Positions 43,814 through 62,520 of a stretch of DNA of 64,000 nucleotides are shown here, piece after piece (position 1 is the first letter of the stretch; each line of letters starts with the position of its first letter). This stretch comes from the human T2T-CHM13v2.0 reference genome, Homo sapiens: the NCBI RefSeq assembly GCF_009914755.1, contig NC_060928.1, one strand, 5' to 3'. The position numbers were made by a program, and so were the translations under genes. Below the pieces are notes generated by a model that worked only from the letters and a program-made list of their open reading frames with translations, was not told where the DNA came from and searched no databases.

Positions 43814-45495
43814 CTCCTGAATATATATGCTCATATAGCAGAATTATAAGATAGATGAAGCAAATATAGATAGGATTGTAAAGAGAAGTAGACAGCCTCA
43901 CAATTATAAGAGAGCTAAACACTCCACTCTCTGTAATTGAGGTAATAAATAGAAAATCAGTAAGCATACAGAGATTTGAACAACACTGTCAACCAACTTG
44001 ACCTAATTCTCAGTTATAGATCACTTCACCCAACAACAGAAGAATGCACATTTTTTTTGAGTGAACATGGAACATGCACCAAAATAAGCCATAATATGGG
44101 CCACAAAACAAGTCTCAATAAATTTCAAAGGCTTAAAATTATATGTAGAGGTGTCTGGCAAGACGGCTGAATAGGAACAGCTCTGGTCTGCAGTGCCCAG
44201 TGAGATCAATGCAGAAGGCGGGTGATTTCTGCATTTCCAGCTGAGGTACCCAGCTCATCTCATTGGGACTGGTTAGACAGTGAGTGCAGCCCGTGGAGGG
44301 TGAGCAGAAGTAGGGTGGGGAGTCGCCTCACCCGGGAAGTGCAAGGGATCAGGGAACTCCTTCTCCTAGCCAAGGGAAGCCGTGAGGGACTGTGCCGTGA
44401 GGAACAGTGCATTCCAGCCCAGATACTATGCTTTTCCCATGGTCTTCACAACCCACAGACTAGGATATTCCCTCTGATGCCCACAGCACCAGGGCCCTGG
44501 GTTTCAAGCGCAAAACTGGGCAGCTATTTGAGCAGACACCAAGCTAGCTGCTGGAGTTTTTTTTCATACCCCAGTGGTACCTGGAATGCCAGTGAGACAG
44601 AACCATTCACTCCCCTGGAAAGGAGGAATGAAGCCAGGGAGCAAGGTGGTCTATCTCAGCAGATCCCACCCCCACAGAGCCCAGCAAGCTGTGATCTACT
44701 GGCTTGAAATTCTTGCTGCCAGCACAGCAGTCTGAAGTTGACCTGGGACACTCGAGCTTGGTCAGGGAGGGGCATCTGCCATTACTGAGGCTTGAGTAGG
44801 CAGTTTTCCCTTCACAGTGTAAACAAAGCTGCAGGGAAGTTCAAACTGGGCAGAACCCACCATAGCTTGGCAAACCTCTGTAGCCAGACTGCCTCTCTAG
44901 CTTCCTCCTCTCTGAGCAAGGCATCTCTGAAAGAAAGGCGACAGCCCCAGTCAGGGGCTTAAAGGTAAAACTCCCGTCTCCCTGGTACAGAGCACCTGGG
45001 GGAAGGGGCGGCTGTAGGCACAGTTTCAGCAGAGTTAAACGTTCCTGCCTGCCGGCTCTGAAGAGAGCAGCCAATCTCCCAGCACAGCGCTTGAGCTCTG
45101 CTAAGGGACAGACTGCCTCCTCAGGTGGGTCCCTGAGCCCCATGCCTCCTGACTGGGAGACACCTCCTAGCAGGGGTCGATGGACATCTCATACAGGAGA
45201 GCTCCACCTCCGGCTGGCATCTGGCAAGTGCCCCTCTGGGATGAAGCTTCCATAGGAAGGAACAGGCAGCAATCTTTGCTGTTCTGCAGCCTCCACTGGT
45301 GATACGCAGGCAAACAGGGTCTGTAGTGGACCTCCAGCAAACTCCAGCAGACCTGCAGCAGAGGGGCCTGACTGTTAGAAGGAAAACTAACAAACAGGAA
45401 TAGCATCAACATCAAAGAAAAAAAAGAACGTTCACACAGAAGCCCCATCTGAAGGTCACCAGCATCAAAGATCAAAGGTAGATAAATCCACGAAG

Positions 45496-46515
45496 ATGAG
45501 GAAATACTAGCAAAAAAGGCTGAAAACTCCAAAAACCAGAATATCTCTTCTCCAAAGGATCACAACTCCTCACCAGCAAGGGAACAAAACTGGAGAGAAA
45601 GTGAGTTTGACAAATTGACAGAAGTAGGCTTCAGAAGGTGGGTAATAACAAACTCCTCCTAGCTAAAGGATCATGTTCTAATCCACTGCAAGGAAGCTAA
45701 GAAACTTGAAAAAAGGTTAGAGGAAGTGCTAACTGGAATAACCAGTTTAGAGAAGAACATAAGTGACCTGATGGAGCTGAAAAACACAGCATGAGAACTT
45801 CGTGAAGCATACACAATTATCAATAGCTGAATTGATCAAGCAGAAGAAAGGATATCAGAGATTAAAGATCAACTTAATGAAATAAAGTTTGAAGACAAGA
45901 TTAGAGAAAAAAGAATGAAAAAGAATGAACAAAGCATCCAAGAAACATGGAACTATGTGAAAAGACCAAACCTACATTTGATTGGTGTACCTGAAAGTGC
46001 CGAGGAGAATGAAACCAAGTTGGAAAACACACTTCAGGATATTATCCAGGAAAACATCCCCAACCTAGCAAGACAGGCTAATATTCAAATTCAGGAAATA
46101 CAGAGAATACTACAAAAATACTCCTTGAGAAGAGCAATCCCAAGATTCATAATCGTTAGATTCACCAAGGTGGAAATGAAGGAAAAAATATTAAGTGCAG
46201 CCAGAGAGAAAGGACAAATTACCCACAAAGGGATGCCCATCAAACTATCAGCAGATTTCTGCAGAAACCCTACAAGCGGGAAGAGAGTGGGGACCAATAT
46301 TCAATATTCTTAAAGAAAATAATTTTCAACCCAGTATTTCATATCCAGCCAAACTAAGCTTCACAAGTGAAGGAGAAATGAAATCCTTTACAGACAAGCA
46401 AATGCTGAGGGTTTTTGTCACCACCAGGCCTGCCTTACAAGAGCTCCTGAAGGAAGCACTAAACATGGAAAGGAAAATCCAGTACCAGCCACTGCAAAAA
46501 CAAACCAAAATGTAA
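45496..46515 (+). pseudogene. Disrupted L1 ORF1 (RNA-binding chaperone)
   Basis: ATG at 45496 with early TAG; fragments 45915..46313 (YVKRPNL.LIGVPE..IIQEN) and 46195..46515 (YPAKLSF..EGE) in different frames. Confidence 0.9.
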
Positions 46516-46575
46516 AGATCAACACTGTGAAGAAACTGCATCAACTAGTGGCCAAAATAACCAGCTAACATCATA

Positions 46576-50720
<4,145 letters not shown>

Positions 50721-51048
50721 AGAATAAGAACACATGGACATAGGGAGGGGAACATCATACACTGGGGCCTGTTAGGGGTTGGCAGTGCTAGGGAAGGTAG
50801 AGTATTAAGAGAAATACCTAATGTAGATGACAGGTTGATGGCTGCAGGAAACTGCCATGGCACATGTATACCTATGTAACAAACCCGCACCTTCTGCACA
50901 TGTATCCCAGAACTTAAAGTATAATGAAAAAATTATATGAAGTATGTTTCATTACCAAAATGGCATTAAGGTAGGAATTAATAGAAAATTAAAAATCCAC
51001 AGATACTTGGAAATAAGGCAGTACACATATACATAAAATGTGGGTCCA

Positions 51049-51378
51049 GACGGGGTGCAGTGACTCATGCCTGCAATCTCAACTCTTTGGGAGGCTGAGG
51101 CAGGCAGACCACTTGCGCTCTGGAGTTCAAGACCAGTCTGGGCAATATGGTGAAACCACATCTCCACACACACAGAAAAAAGTACAAAAATTAGCCAGGC
51201 ACAGTGGCCCACACCTCTACTCCCAACTACTAAGAAGGCTGAGGCATGAGATTCGCTTGGGCCTGGGAGTTGGAGGTTGCAGTGAGCTGAAATTGCACCA
51301 CTGCACTACAGCCTGGGTGACAGAGTGAGACTCAAAACTGTCTCAAAACTAACTAAATAATTAATTAATTAAAATTTA
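51049..51378 (+). mobile_element. AluJ(b)-like
   Basis: Diverged dimer; TSD AAAA..TGGGTCCA at ~51035-51048 and ~51380-51392. Confidence 0.9.
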
Positions 51379-51676
51379 AAAAAATGGGTCCAGAAAATTA
51401 AAAGGGATATTAGAAAATATTTTTCAATGAATGAAAATGATGATATTAAAAGTTGTAGGATGCTGCTTAAGTAGTGCTTAGAAATTTTATCATTAAACTT
51501 TATTAGATTAAATCTATGATCTAAGCTTCTATTTTCAAAACTAGAAAAAGAAGAACAAATGGAAGCCAAAGTAAAAAAAAAAAAAAAAAGAAAGGAAGTG
51601 ATAAAGAACAGAATAGAATTCATTTAAATAGAAAACAGGAAGCCAATTGAGAAAATGAAAGAAACCAAAGCTAGTT

Positions 51677-52278
51677 GTGGTAGAAACATCTAAGATGTCT
51701 CCTAATGATCCCCCATCATTGCATCCATGTATGTGTATTTCCTTCCCTGGAGTGAGAACTAGATTTAGTGCCTTGTTTTTAATGAAAGACTTATAGCGAA
51801 AGTAATGGGAGGTCAGTTTTGGGATTAAATTATAATGCATTCTGGGCTCCCTACTGCTCACCGTCTCTTGCTCTATCATTGGTTAGTTCCGATGGAGGAT
51901 GGCTGCCATGTTCTGAGCTGCCTCATTGGTTAGTTCTGATGGAGGATGGCTGCCATGTTCTGAGCTGCCTTATGGAGTTGCCGTCGCAGGAGGTCTCTGG
52001 CTAACAGGCACTGAGGAATACAATAACCTTCAAGGAACTGAATCTTGCCAATAACCACTTGAGGGAGCAGAAGCATATATTCCCCTAGAGCAGCCTTGAG
52101 GGGACTGTAGCCACTGCTGTCATCCTGACTGCAGCTTTGTGGGGACCCTGATCCAGAGGACCAGATAAACCTCACCTGGATTTCTGACCTGGCAAAAACT
52201 GTGTGAAAATAAATGTTTATTGTTTCAAGCTGCTAGTCCCTGGGGTAATTTCGTATAAGGCAATAGATAACTAATACA
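51677..52278 (+). mobile_element. MLT1F-like solo LTR
   Basis: TGTGGTAGAAACATCTAAGATGTCTCCTAATGATCCCC...AAATAAATGTTTATTGTTTCAAGCTGCTA...CAATAGATAACTAATACA. Confidence 0.8.
51876..51969. repeat. 47-bp tandem duplication (2 copies, 1 mismatch)
   Basis: TCATTGGTTAGTTC(C/T)GATGGAGGATGGCTGCCATGTTCTGAGCTGCC at 51876-51922 and 51923-51969. Confidence 0.97.
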
Positions 52279-52284
52279 TCATCA

Positions 52285-52635
52285 TAAGAAGAGCAGACTT
52301 TATTTGGTAGACAGGAGAGTCACTGAAAGGTTTCAAGTATGTAAATGTCATGGCCTGTTATTTTAGGTAGATTGCTCTGATAGTAATGAAAACAAGGAAT
52401 ATAAATGAACGAAGCTGGATGGTTTGTGATTTGATAGGAGGTACTGCAGTTTAAGTGAAAGATGATGAGTCCCTGTGCAGAGACAGATTTGAGAAATATT
52501 ATCAGGAAAAAAAAAATAAGCAAAGCTTGGTGACTAACTATGGGAAGGATGAGGGAGAGGCATAGAATGGCTCAATGTCTCTTACTTAGATAACTGAATT
52601 TGAATAACTGATAATGGGAATAAAGAGGAGGAACA
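52285..52635 (-). mobile_element. L2 fragment
   Basis: GGAGAGTCACTGAAAGGTTTCAAG...GATTTGAGAAATATT...CTTGGTGACTAA resembles reverse L2. Confidence 0.55.
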
Positions 52636-52756
52636 TTGTGTTCCTCATGATTGTCTTATTAGGTAAGCATGTTAAGCAGAACACTGTGCACCAATTATCA
52701 CTCCCAGGGGAGGACTGTAAACACCTTGCCAATTTCTGCTTAGGTTCCTAGATTTG

Positions 52757-53209
52757 GCAGGGGGTTCTGCACAAACCCAGCTGCAAAAGTGTGAGCCCAG
52801 TGGGACAGAATACTCAGACATGTCATGCAAAACAACTTCATTACTCATAGATAGGCAGCAAGAACCAACAGAAGCCTAGGATCTATGGCAGGCCAGTCTC
52901 AAAGGATCGGGAAACTGCCCAGGGCAGATGGTATCTCCTCCACACATGCTCTACTTTGCACCTAAGCTAAAGGACCCCAAAGCATTCAACTCTGGGTTTT
53001 TGTTGTTTTTTTGTTTTTTACCCTAGGGGAAAATTCACCACTGAGCTCAAGCATTGTAAGACATCCTGTTCTAAGGAGGGATGAGGACAAATCCTCTACT
53101 GTTCCCAACAGTTGCACAGGGCACTGCATCTACAGTTACCCTGAGAACTACAAGCAGGAGGTGAAAGAGCTGAGTCAGCCAAGGTCATCTGGGGACCTAT
53201 CCACTGGCA
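52757..53209 (-). mobile_element. Old ERVL-class LTR (MER54/MER74/LTR53 group)
   Basis: ATTACTCATAGATAGGCAGCAAGAACCAACAGAAGCCTAGGATC...GCTGAGTCAGCCAAGG recalled as MER54-group; exact subfamily uncertain. Confidence 0.5.
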
Positions 53210-54221
53210 GGTATTAATATAACTCCCTTAATAGATATCTGGGACTTGGGTCAAATGACTTGCCCAAGGCCAGGCAGGCAGTACATGGTATAACCTCAAA
53301 AACAGTGGTCAATACTATTATAATTCATATTACCTTGTCAAGTTCTAGGAGAGGAAGAGGGTCACATGAAAAGCCCATGAGGACCTTTTGAGGCCATGAT
53401 TATACCAGGGAACTGAGAGGCTCTGAGGGCCCCTCAGGGAGATGGACCCATAGAGGCTCCACCATGCTAGCGATGCTGGCCCTGTCTGTTGGAGTTAGAG
53501 ATGTTGGAACTGCATCAAGCTGCCTCAGGCATTCAGATGAATGCCTCTGTGAAGTTACATCTCCATATTGGAAGCAGCAGAGTCAGAATTGAAGAGTCCT
53601 GAGCGAAGCCTGGGAGAATTGCCACTATGAAGCCTGAAGTGCGACCTCCCTGATGCCCCACCCCTGGAAGCAGCCCTGCCCCCAGAGTGCTGGGGTGAAC
53701 CTGCCTCCCAGAGGTTCCTCCAATGCTTTCATTGCCACCAAAGTTTATTGAGCACCAACTATATGCTAAGCCCAGAAGCTGGGGATGGAGCAGGTGGTTG
53801 GATAGTTGTGATCTTTTTCCTCAGGGAAGATGATTGACTAAACTAAAAGTTAAAAATGAAATGTGCTGTGACAGGGGAAGTAAGGGTATCTATCCTCTTT
53901 TGGTAGGGTTGAAATAGACCCAAGGATTGGTGGGATGCAGTATTTGTTGATGAAAAGTTGCTTTCATCTGATGGCTTTAGGAGTACATACAGAATGATCA
54001 ATGGAATAGAGTTCCTGACAAGATTGAAAACTGGCATGTTGAGGACAGAAGTTAGGAGGACTGGAGGTTGAGGTCAGGAGATGGGATATCAAACTGACTT
54101 ATTCAGAAGACAGAGCTGCCCTGTGATAAGGTCTAGGTTGTGGCTATAGCCAGGAATGGAGATAAAGAACTCTGAGATAAGGAGACCTGGCAAAATGCTA
54201 TCCAACAGAAATATAAAAAGC

Positions 54222-55594
<1,373 letters not shown>

Positions 55595-56612
55595 CAGATT
55601 AATATAACATAAACCACATAATTGGCTACATATATAATTTTTAATTTTCAAGTAGTAACACTTGAAAATATAAGAAACAAATAGGTAAAATTCATTTTTA
55701 ATATTGCTTTCAACTGCATTTAATATATTGAAAATACGATTTCAAAATGTATTCAACATGAGAATATTAATGATATATTTAACATTACATTTTCATACTA
55801 AGTTTTCACTATCCAGTGTGTACTTTATAACACTTCAATCAGAATAGCCACAAATCAATTGCCATAGCTCCAATGAAATCACTTGGGGATGAAATTATGA
55901 GACTTTAGAAGCCAAGCTAATTGAGGCAGGCAAGGGGCACTGCAAGGGGTCTGTATCCTTCTTTCAAATTTGAGTTTTCGCTTACTATCAAGCCACTCTC
56001 TTGACCATGATTGGCCTTAATTTTGGGCAACCAACTCTCTTGGTTGTGAGAGGTATACCTCATCATGGTTGAAATCCCACTTTTGCTTTTGGGATTTTTC
56101 TCACCATAATGACTCTCATAAAGTCCCCAATTGTGGTTTGATGATCAGACCCTTTGGTATTGACCATCTCTTTGGGGTCTCTGGCTTTGTAGAATTTCTG
56201 AATTCATCTTCACGTTTCTTTTCCTAAAGTAGAAACTAAACTTAGACAATATCCCTTTTTCCAGTGTGCTCCTTCTCTCTGGGACATGTCTCCCCTCTGT
56301 TCTCTGATTCTGAGTGTTGCTCCTTTATTGGATACAAGAGTCTTTGGGCGGTTCCATTCTCAAACCTCTGCTCATTTCTGCATTGCTCAACTTGTAGTCA
56401 CCTCTAAGCTGTCACCATTAGCTCCACATAAAGTTCCACTCCTCTAGATTTATTTTTCTATGATGCTGAAGGTGACAAGCTGAAAATTCTGTCTGCTCAC
56501 CTCCCAGCTTGGGACCCTTTGTGAATCAATATCAGAGGGACACCTTCTCAAGATCCTCTGGCCTTCCTTACAACAGATGGGATAGGCAGAGGGTTATTGA
56601 GTGTGGAGCCTG

Positions 56613-56613
<1 letters not shown>

Positions 56614-56655
<42 letters not shown>
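56614..56655. repeat. (TG)21 microsatellite
   Basis: Perfect dinucleotide run. Confidence 0.97.
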
Positions 56656-56657
<2 letters not shown>

Positions 56658-56800
56658 GTTTCCCTGCTTGCCTAAGCATTTCCACCAAAAGCTTGGCAAC
56701 CTCAGCTCTGGCATCAGCTCCCAAAACGAGGGAAGTTGAGCAGAAAAAGGCAGACTAAGGTGGAAGTCACAACTGTGCTTCTCATGCCTTAAGTACCTTC

Positions 56801-57046
56801 GTGGATTCAATAAATTTGAGGGGTGGTCCTTACCTTTTCCACACCCAAAACTAAATACTGTTAGTGTTTGGCACAGATTGATGATTTGGATCAAGGAAGG
56901 ATATTCAGGTGGTGTTCCCAAACCAATAAGGGTGCTAGTTTCTGGTGTCTCAAAACACATAATATTATTCAGGAGGCAATGTTGGGAGCAAGCCATGTAT
57001 ATGGCATACTTGTAGGTATCTAATCCTGGCATATCTGTTTTAACTT
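56801..57046. repeat. Copy 1 of an unassigned ~245-bp diverged direct repeat
   Basis: Colinear with 58690-58930; shared blocks TGTTAGTGTTT, CAGGTGGTGTTCCCAAACCAA, GGGAGCAAGCCATGTAT, CTGGCATATCTG. Confidence 0.85.
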
Positions 57047-58689
57047 CTCATCCAGTTATAACTTTATTGTATTGTTTTAATTGCTTCTGGTCTAGTTTTT
57101 CCCTTGAGCTCCCAAAAATGTCATTTCCAAGTCATTCTCTTAGTGATGTTCTGCTTGTCAGCAAGTAATGTTTGGGATTTAAGGAAAAATTTTATTTAGT
57201 AGCCTGACCTCAGCTGTTTTGGAACTGATTCCTCCTTGTTTTTCTTTCTCCACTCAAACCTGGAAATTCACTGTCTTTGTGATTATATCCCTAATGCACT
57301 TGGAAATCAGACAGCCCTCTGTTGGATGGAGGGTACAAAGCTCATGTTGAAAGTCACAGTAAGAGATGGTGGGAGAAAAAAGACCTTGGCAGACACCTGC
57401 CCTCCAGGAGAAGGCTGACATGCACAAGCATGAGCAGTCAACATCTGAGACTGTTGAAGCGGAAGAGGCAAATTAACAGGAGTTATCTAGACATGAACTC
57501 TTTGGGACAGTGTTTGGTAAAATTGGAATCAGGTCAGATGTAGTCAGAGTTAAAGGTGGAATCTGGTGTTGGTAGAGTAGAGATTTTTCCTGATGGGAGA
57601 TTACTGGAAAGTGAGTGGGTGAGACATGTGGCATGTGTCAAAGTTACTGAGAGGATGATAACCTGAGACTGGGTGGAGTCACAGGAGCAGGTGGGGACCT
57701 GTGACAAAGTGAAGACTGTGGAGAAGGCATGCCACAGCATCAGAAAGATCCCTGGTGGCAAAGATGTGAAAGCTAGTGGCAGGCGTGAAAGAAAAATACT
57801 AAGAAATGCTAAGAGTCTCATTTGTGTATTCAAAGGGCTCAGACAGAGGTAAGTCACCGGACTCTGTAAAATCCAGTGAGGGGTTGAAGACAAGAAACAG
57901 TGAGGGCTCCAAGAGAGGGAGGGGCCGTTAACTGGCTTTCTAGGGTATTTGTTGAGAGGAACTGGCCAGAGTTAGAGATGAATTAGAGCTTCCATGTAAG
58001 CCAAAGGGAGCATAGAAGGAGGAGCATCTTCCACAGGATCCATAAGCAGCAGGAGGTCAGTTTCAGCAGACGTTACCATTTACCTCACATCAGAGATCTT
58101 GCTGCAGGAGTTGCAGAAAGTTGCCCTAATCAGGAAGCATGCCTACATGGCTGTAGGAGACAGGAGGAGCAAAATGCCATCAGGAGCAGAGCAGGGACAG
58201 AAGGGCCTGGAAGGATGAGAAGGCGTCAGATTCCCTCATCCCCCATACTTTACACCACTCCCTCCCTGAAGTAAACTTCAGACATTCATTATTCACAAGT
58301 ATGAATTTTTATTTGGAAAATAAGGGAGTTCTGTGCTCCTTCATTTTAATAATTTTTAAAGAGGATAAAAATATCTATATTTTGCCTTCCTTAAAAAATT
58401 TAAATAAGTGTTTTCTGCATTTGATCCTCATTTTCTTCAGTCATTTGTCCTCTTCTGCAGACTTTTACCACTGCAGGTGCATACATGCTCCAATAGATAG
58501 GATTTGCTCCATGAGACAGGAGTTTGGGCTCTAGCATTTGGTCAGGGGCTTTCAAAGATTCAGCATTGCTCTCCAGATTAGACTTAATACAAAGGAAAGT
58601 CACATCACAGATGCACCTGTTGCAGGTGTCTGATCTCTTAATAATCCAATCCGTGGCCAGGCCACTGAAATGCTGGCCAACATATGTTT

Positions 58690-58930
58690 GTGGATCCAAA
58701 AACTTGAGGATTAGACCTTTACCATACTCCAAACTGAATAATGTTAGTGTTTAGCACAAGTTGATGAGCTGGATTGAGGAAGAATATGCAGGTGGTGTTC
58801 CCAAACCAAGAAGTGTGCTATGTTTCTGCTGTCTCCAAAACATATGGTTCGAAAGCAGTGTGCTGTGGGGAGCAAGCCATGTATGAGACACACTTTTAGG
58901 TATCCAATGCTGGCATATCTGCCTTAACTT
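58690..58930. repeat. Copy 2 of the unassigned ~245-bp diverged direct repeat
   Basis: Colinear with 56801-57046. Confidence 0.85.
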
Positions 58931-59193
58931 GTGTGACTTAAGTTGTGTCCAACTACTGACACACTCTGAGATTTTGCTACCATGAGCTCTGTAACACTCA
59001 GATACATAGTCTGTGAGCTTCTGAGATAAACCATAGTTCCCACTCTACCATCTACCCTGCCCAAGTTGTTTCCCCAAGATGATGTTCTATTCTCTTCTGA
59101 GAGTTCCCATCTTCAGTACTGACTTCTGCCAATATGATTGAGTTACAAAAATGGGAAGAGCAACATTAATAAAACAAAGTCAATCTTTCTGAG

Positions 59194-59611
59194 TGTATTA
59201 ATCAGGGCTCTTGAGATAGAACAAATACGATGTGTAGATGGATAGATAGGTAGATAGAGTTTTATTTTAAGGAATTGGCTCATGGAATTGTGGGCACTGG
59301 CCAGCCTGATATTTTCAAGGCACGCTGGCATTTCAGATACTGGAGACCCAGGGAAGAGTTACTATTGCAGTCTTGAGTCTAAAGGCAGCCTGGTGACAGA
59401 TGTTTTTTCCCTTGGGACCTCAGTCTTCCATCCGCAGGCTTTTAATTGATTAGATGAGGACCACTCACATCATGGGGGGTGATCTACTTTACTCAAAATC
59501 TACTGATTTAGTTACATCTGAAAAATAGCTTCACAGAAACATCTAGACTGGTATTTGACCACAAACTGGATATTATGGCCTAGCCACGTTGACACAACTT
59601 TAATCATCACA
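59194..59611 (-). mobile_element. MLT2 (MLT2D-like) ERVL solo LTR
   Basis: TGTATTAATCAGGG...TTTAAGGAATTGGCTCATGG...GCCTAGCCACGTTGACACAACTTTAATCATCACA. Confidence 0.85.
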
Positions 59612-60329
59612 CTAGGGTTTTCTTACCTGATTTCTGTCTCTATTTTCCCCCAATATTGGTAAAGCTAAACTTTTCTGTAGATAGTAGAGTAAGAGAAAGA
59701 AGATCCCCCCTCTAAACAGGAAGCAAAAGTTAGAATCATTTTCTCATGAAGTGAAGCTAGACGTCAACCATAGTAGATTAAGTTTCTTCAGGAAAAAAGA
59801 GATAGTTCTCTATTATCTGAAGTGCACTGCTCCTTTTAACAACTGAAAATGCAAGCTCTGGACTGGAGTTCCAGGCCTCATCACAGAGTTACAGGACATT
59901 TACAAAGGGTTCTTGAAGTTCAGGGTGGGTATAAAAAGAGGCATAATCCCTTATGCCACCAGCCAGTTTAGCTGATCCTTCTACTACTTCTGAGCCTTCT
60001 AGATCCTTCCACCTTTCTATGGGCCTCCCTATTTTCCAGTTGCATTTTTTTCATTACATCATATAAAGGCCTTCTGTAATTTATTTTTTATTCAGCCCAA
60101 TGCTAGGTATTTCTCAGTGTTTCTTCCTCTCCTCTAGCAGTAGGGCATATCGAGTGCCTAGGCCAGGGACAGTTTCTTACCCCTCTGCCAGGAGTAGGGT
60201 ATGGCTCCCCTTTCCCAACAATAATGTGTGTCCATCTGTGCTGTAAGAGTGAAGGGTTTTGCTGTCATTCTACCAGTGAGTTAATGCTCTTAATCTTTAG
60301 GGGAAAATGGTCTAAGCAACCTGGAATGT

Positions 60330-61100
60330 CAGGGTAGTTTTCTTGAAGGAACTACTAATGCCTGAACTGGGTCTGGAAAGACAGTTAAGCAATATCCCAG
60401 AGGAAAAAAAAAAGTATAAAGGGAATTTCAGAGAGAGAAAAAGCATTATGAGCAAAGACATGAAAGCACTGAGTAGCATGAGAGATTCAGGAGTAATAAC
60501 AAGCATTTCTCTATTTTGGAACAGAAAATACACAGCAGAGAGTAATTTCAGGAGAATGTTGAAGTAGAGAGAGAGATGAGAGATGACCTAGTGACAGGAC
60601 TTTTATACTGTTAGAAAATATAGGCTTGATTTGGTTGGCAATAGACAGTCACTGAGGGTTTAAAAGAGGTAAGTGCCACGGTCATTTTTGTTTTAGGTAG
60701 ATTTCTCCAATAGTAATAAATACAATTGAAGAGGGGCAAAATTGAAGTAACACATCAGTTAGCAGGTTACTGCATGGTTTTCGAAGAGAGACAATGCAGG
60801 CTTGAAATACTATGGTGGCAGTACAAATTGAAAGAAGAGACATATTTGGGAAGTATTTAGGAGGTAAAATTTTAAAAAGAAATCTTGGCAACGGACTCAT
60901 TTTGGGAAAGTTGAAGAGATAGGAAGGGTGGCTTTTCTGTTTGTTGCTTGACTGAGTGCTACTAATTAAGAGCAAAGCCAGCTAGTGGCAGGGTGTTATA
61001 TTTGGAAGTTGTTATGGTTGGAGTCCCTGTTGGAAATTGAAGTTGGAAATGTTCAGAAAGCAATTGGATTGATGAGTTTGGGCTTAAAAAAAAAAGCAGG
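60330..61100 (-). mobile_element. L2 fragment
   Basis: Purine-rich reverse L2 motifs (GGCAATAGACAGTCACTGAGGGTTT; GAAGTATTTAGGAGGTAAAAT). Confidence 0.55.
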
Positions 61101-61473
61101 CATTAAAGTAATTAACTCATCTAAAGTCACTTAAGAAGACTGTAGAAGGAACAGTGTAGTGGCTGAAGGGCAGAATTCTGGTGACTGGAGTTTCTATATA
61201 GTACAGTATCTGACATACAGTAGGCTCTCAATAAATCATGAATATGTCCATACTTGAGTTTGTGAAGGCAGTTGTCTGAGACTTTCTGCTCTATTTGCAG
61301 AAAAGCTTGCAGCCCAAACCTCAGGTGATTGGGCCTCTCAGGGGTGCTCACAAAGCAAGGTCACTCACCAATTCCAAGTAGCAATGGCATCAGGGCACCA
61401 TGCAGTGTCTTTACCCCTTCTCCTGTACATAGCTCTTGTTCATGCCACTCCTTACAACAGCACTATTGGGTAG

Positions 61474-61778
<305 letters not shown>

Positions 61779-62460
61779 CAACACATCTTTTTATAGCTGA
61801 GATCTGGGACTCAGATTCAGTGTCTCATCCAAGGCCTGACAGCCAGTGCCCTGTGCAGCTTCAATAAACAGAAATTATGATGGTGGTGACAGTGGTGATC
61901 TCCATTGACTCTAGACAGACAAGGTGGCTCCCATTTCCAGCAGGCTCAGCTTTGTGTGTTGCTTCTGAGGATCTTCAGTATCTGCAGCCAGACACCAGGC
62001 CTGGAGAATTCAAGGCATTTCTCCAGCTAGTAACTCTCAGAGACCTCAGCATGACCCCTGAATGTCTGACAGAAAGTCACTCAAAGCATCAACAATTTCT
62101 ACCAGAACCTCCTCTGTGAGAATAAATCAATAACTTTTGTTTCGCAGTGGCAATAGAGATTACATTTGCCATCCTGAGGAGAAGCCTGGGTAACTAGTGG
62201 GGCAGCTCCTCAGCCTCACCCCTAGACACGGCCCTGCCCCTACAGAGCACTGGGTGGGTCCTCTCTACTAGGGATCTCTGCCACGGCTCATTCATTCTCA
62301 CAAAGGATTTTGGAAGCCATAGATGTTGGAAAAAGAGCAGTAAGATGGATAGACCTGGTCCCTGTCTGAAAGGAAGAGACAGATAAGCCAAAATTACAAC
62401 ACTGTGAGAAAATTACTGTGATGGGGAAGTGAGAGACGTATCCTAGCTTGGGAGCATCCA

Positions 62461-62487
62461 GGGAGAGAGAGAGAGACAGAATGAGAA

Positions 62488-62520
<33 letters not shown>
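62461..62520. repeat. (GA)n microsatellite inside an L2 remnant (~62285-62650, minus)
   Basis: Imperfect GA run; upstream CTCATTCATTC is an L2-type tail. Confidence 0.8.

Noticed and set aside
56568-57032. 154-aa minus-strand ORF
   Set aside because: Runs through the (TG)n repeat, and the same frame has a stop after MPALDT in the second repeat copy; no recognisable domain.
57621-57640. Possible p53 site GAGACATGTGGCATGTGTC
   Set aside because: Both half-sites deviate from RRRCWWGYYY and the spacing is wrong.
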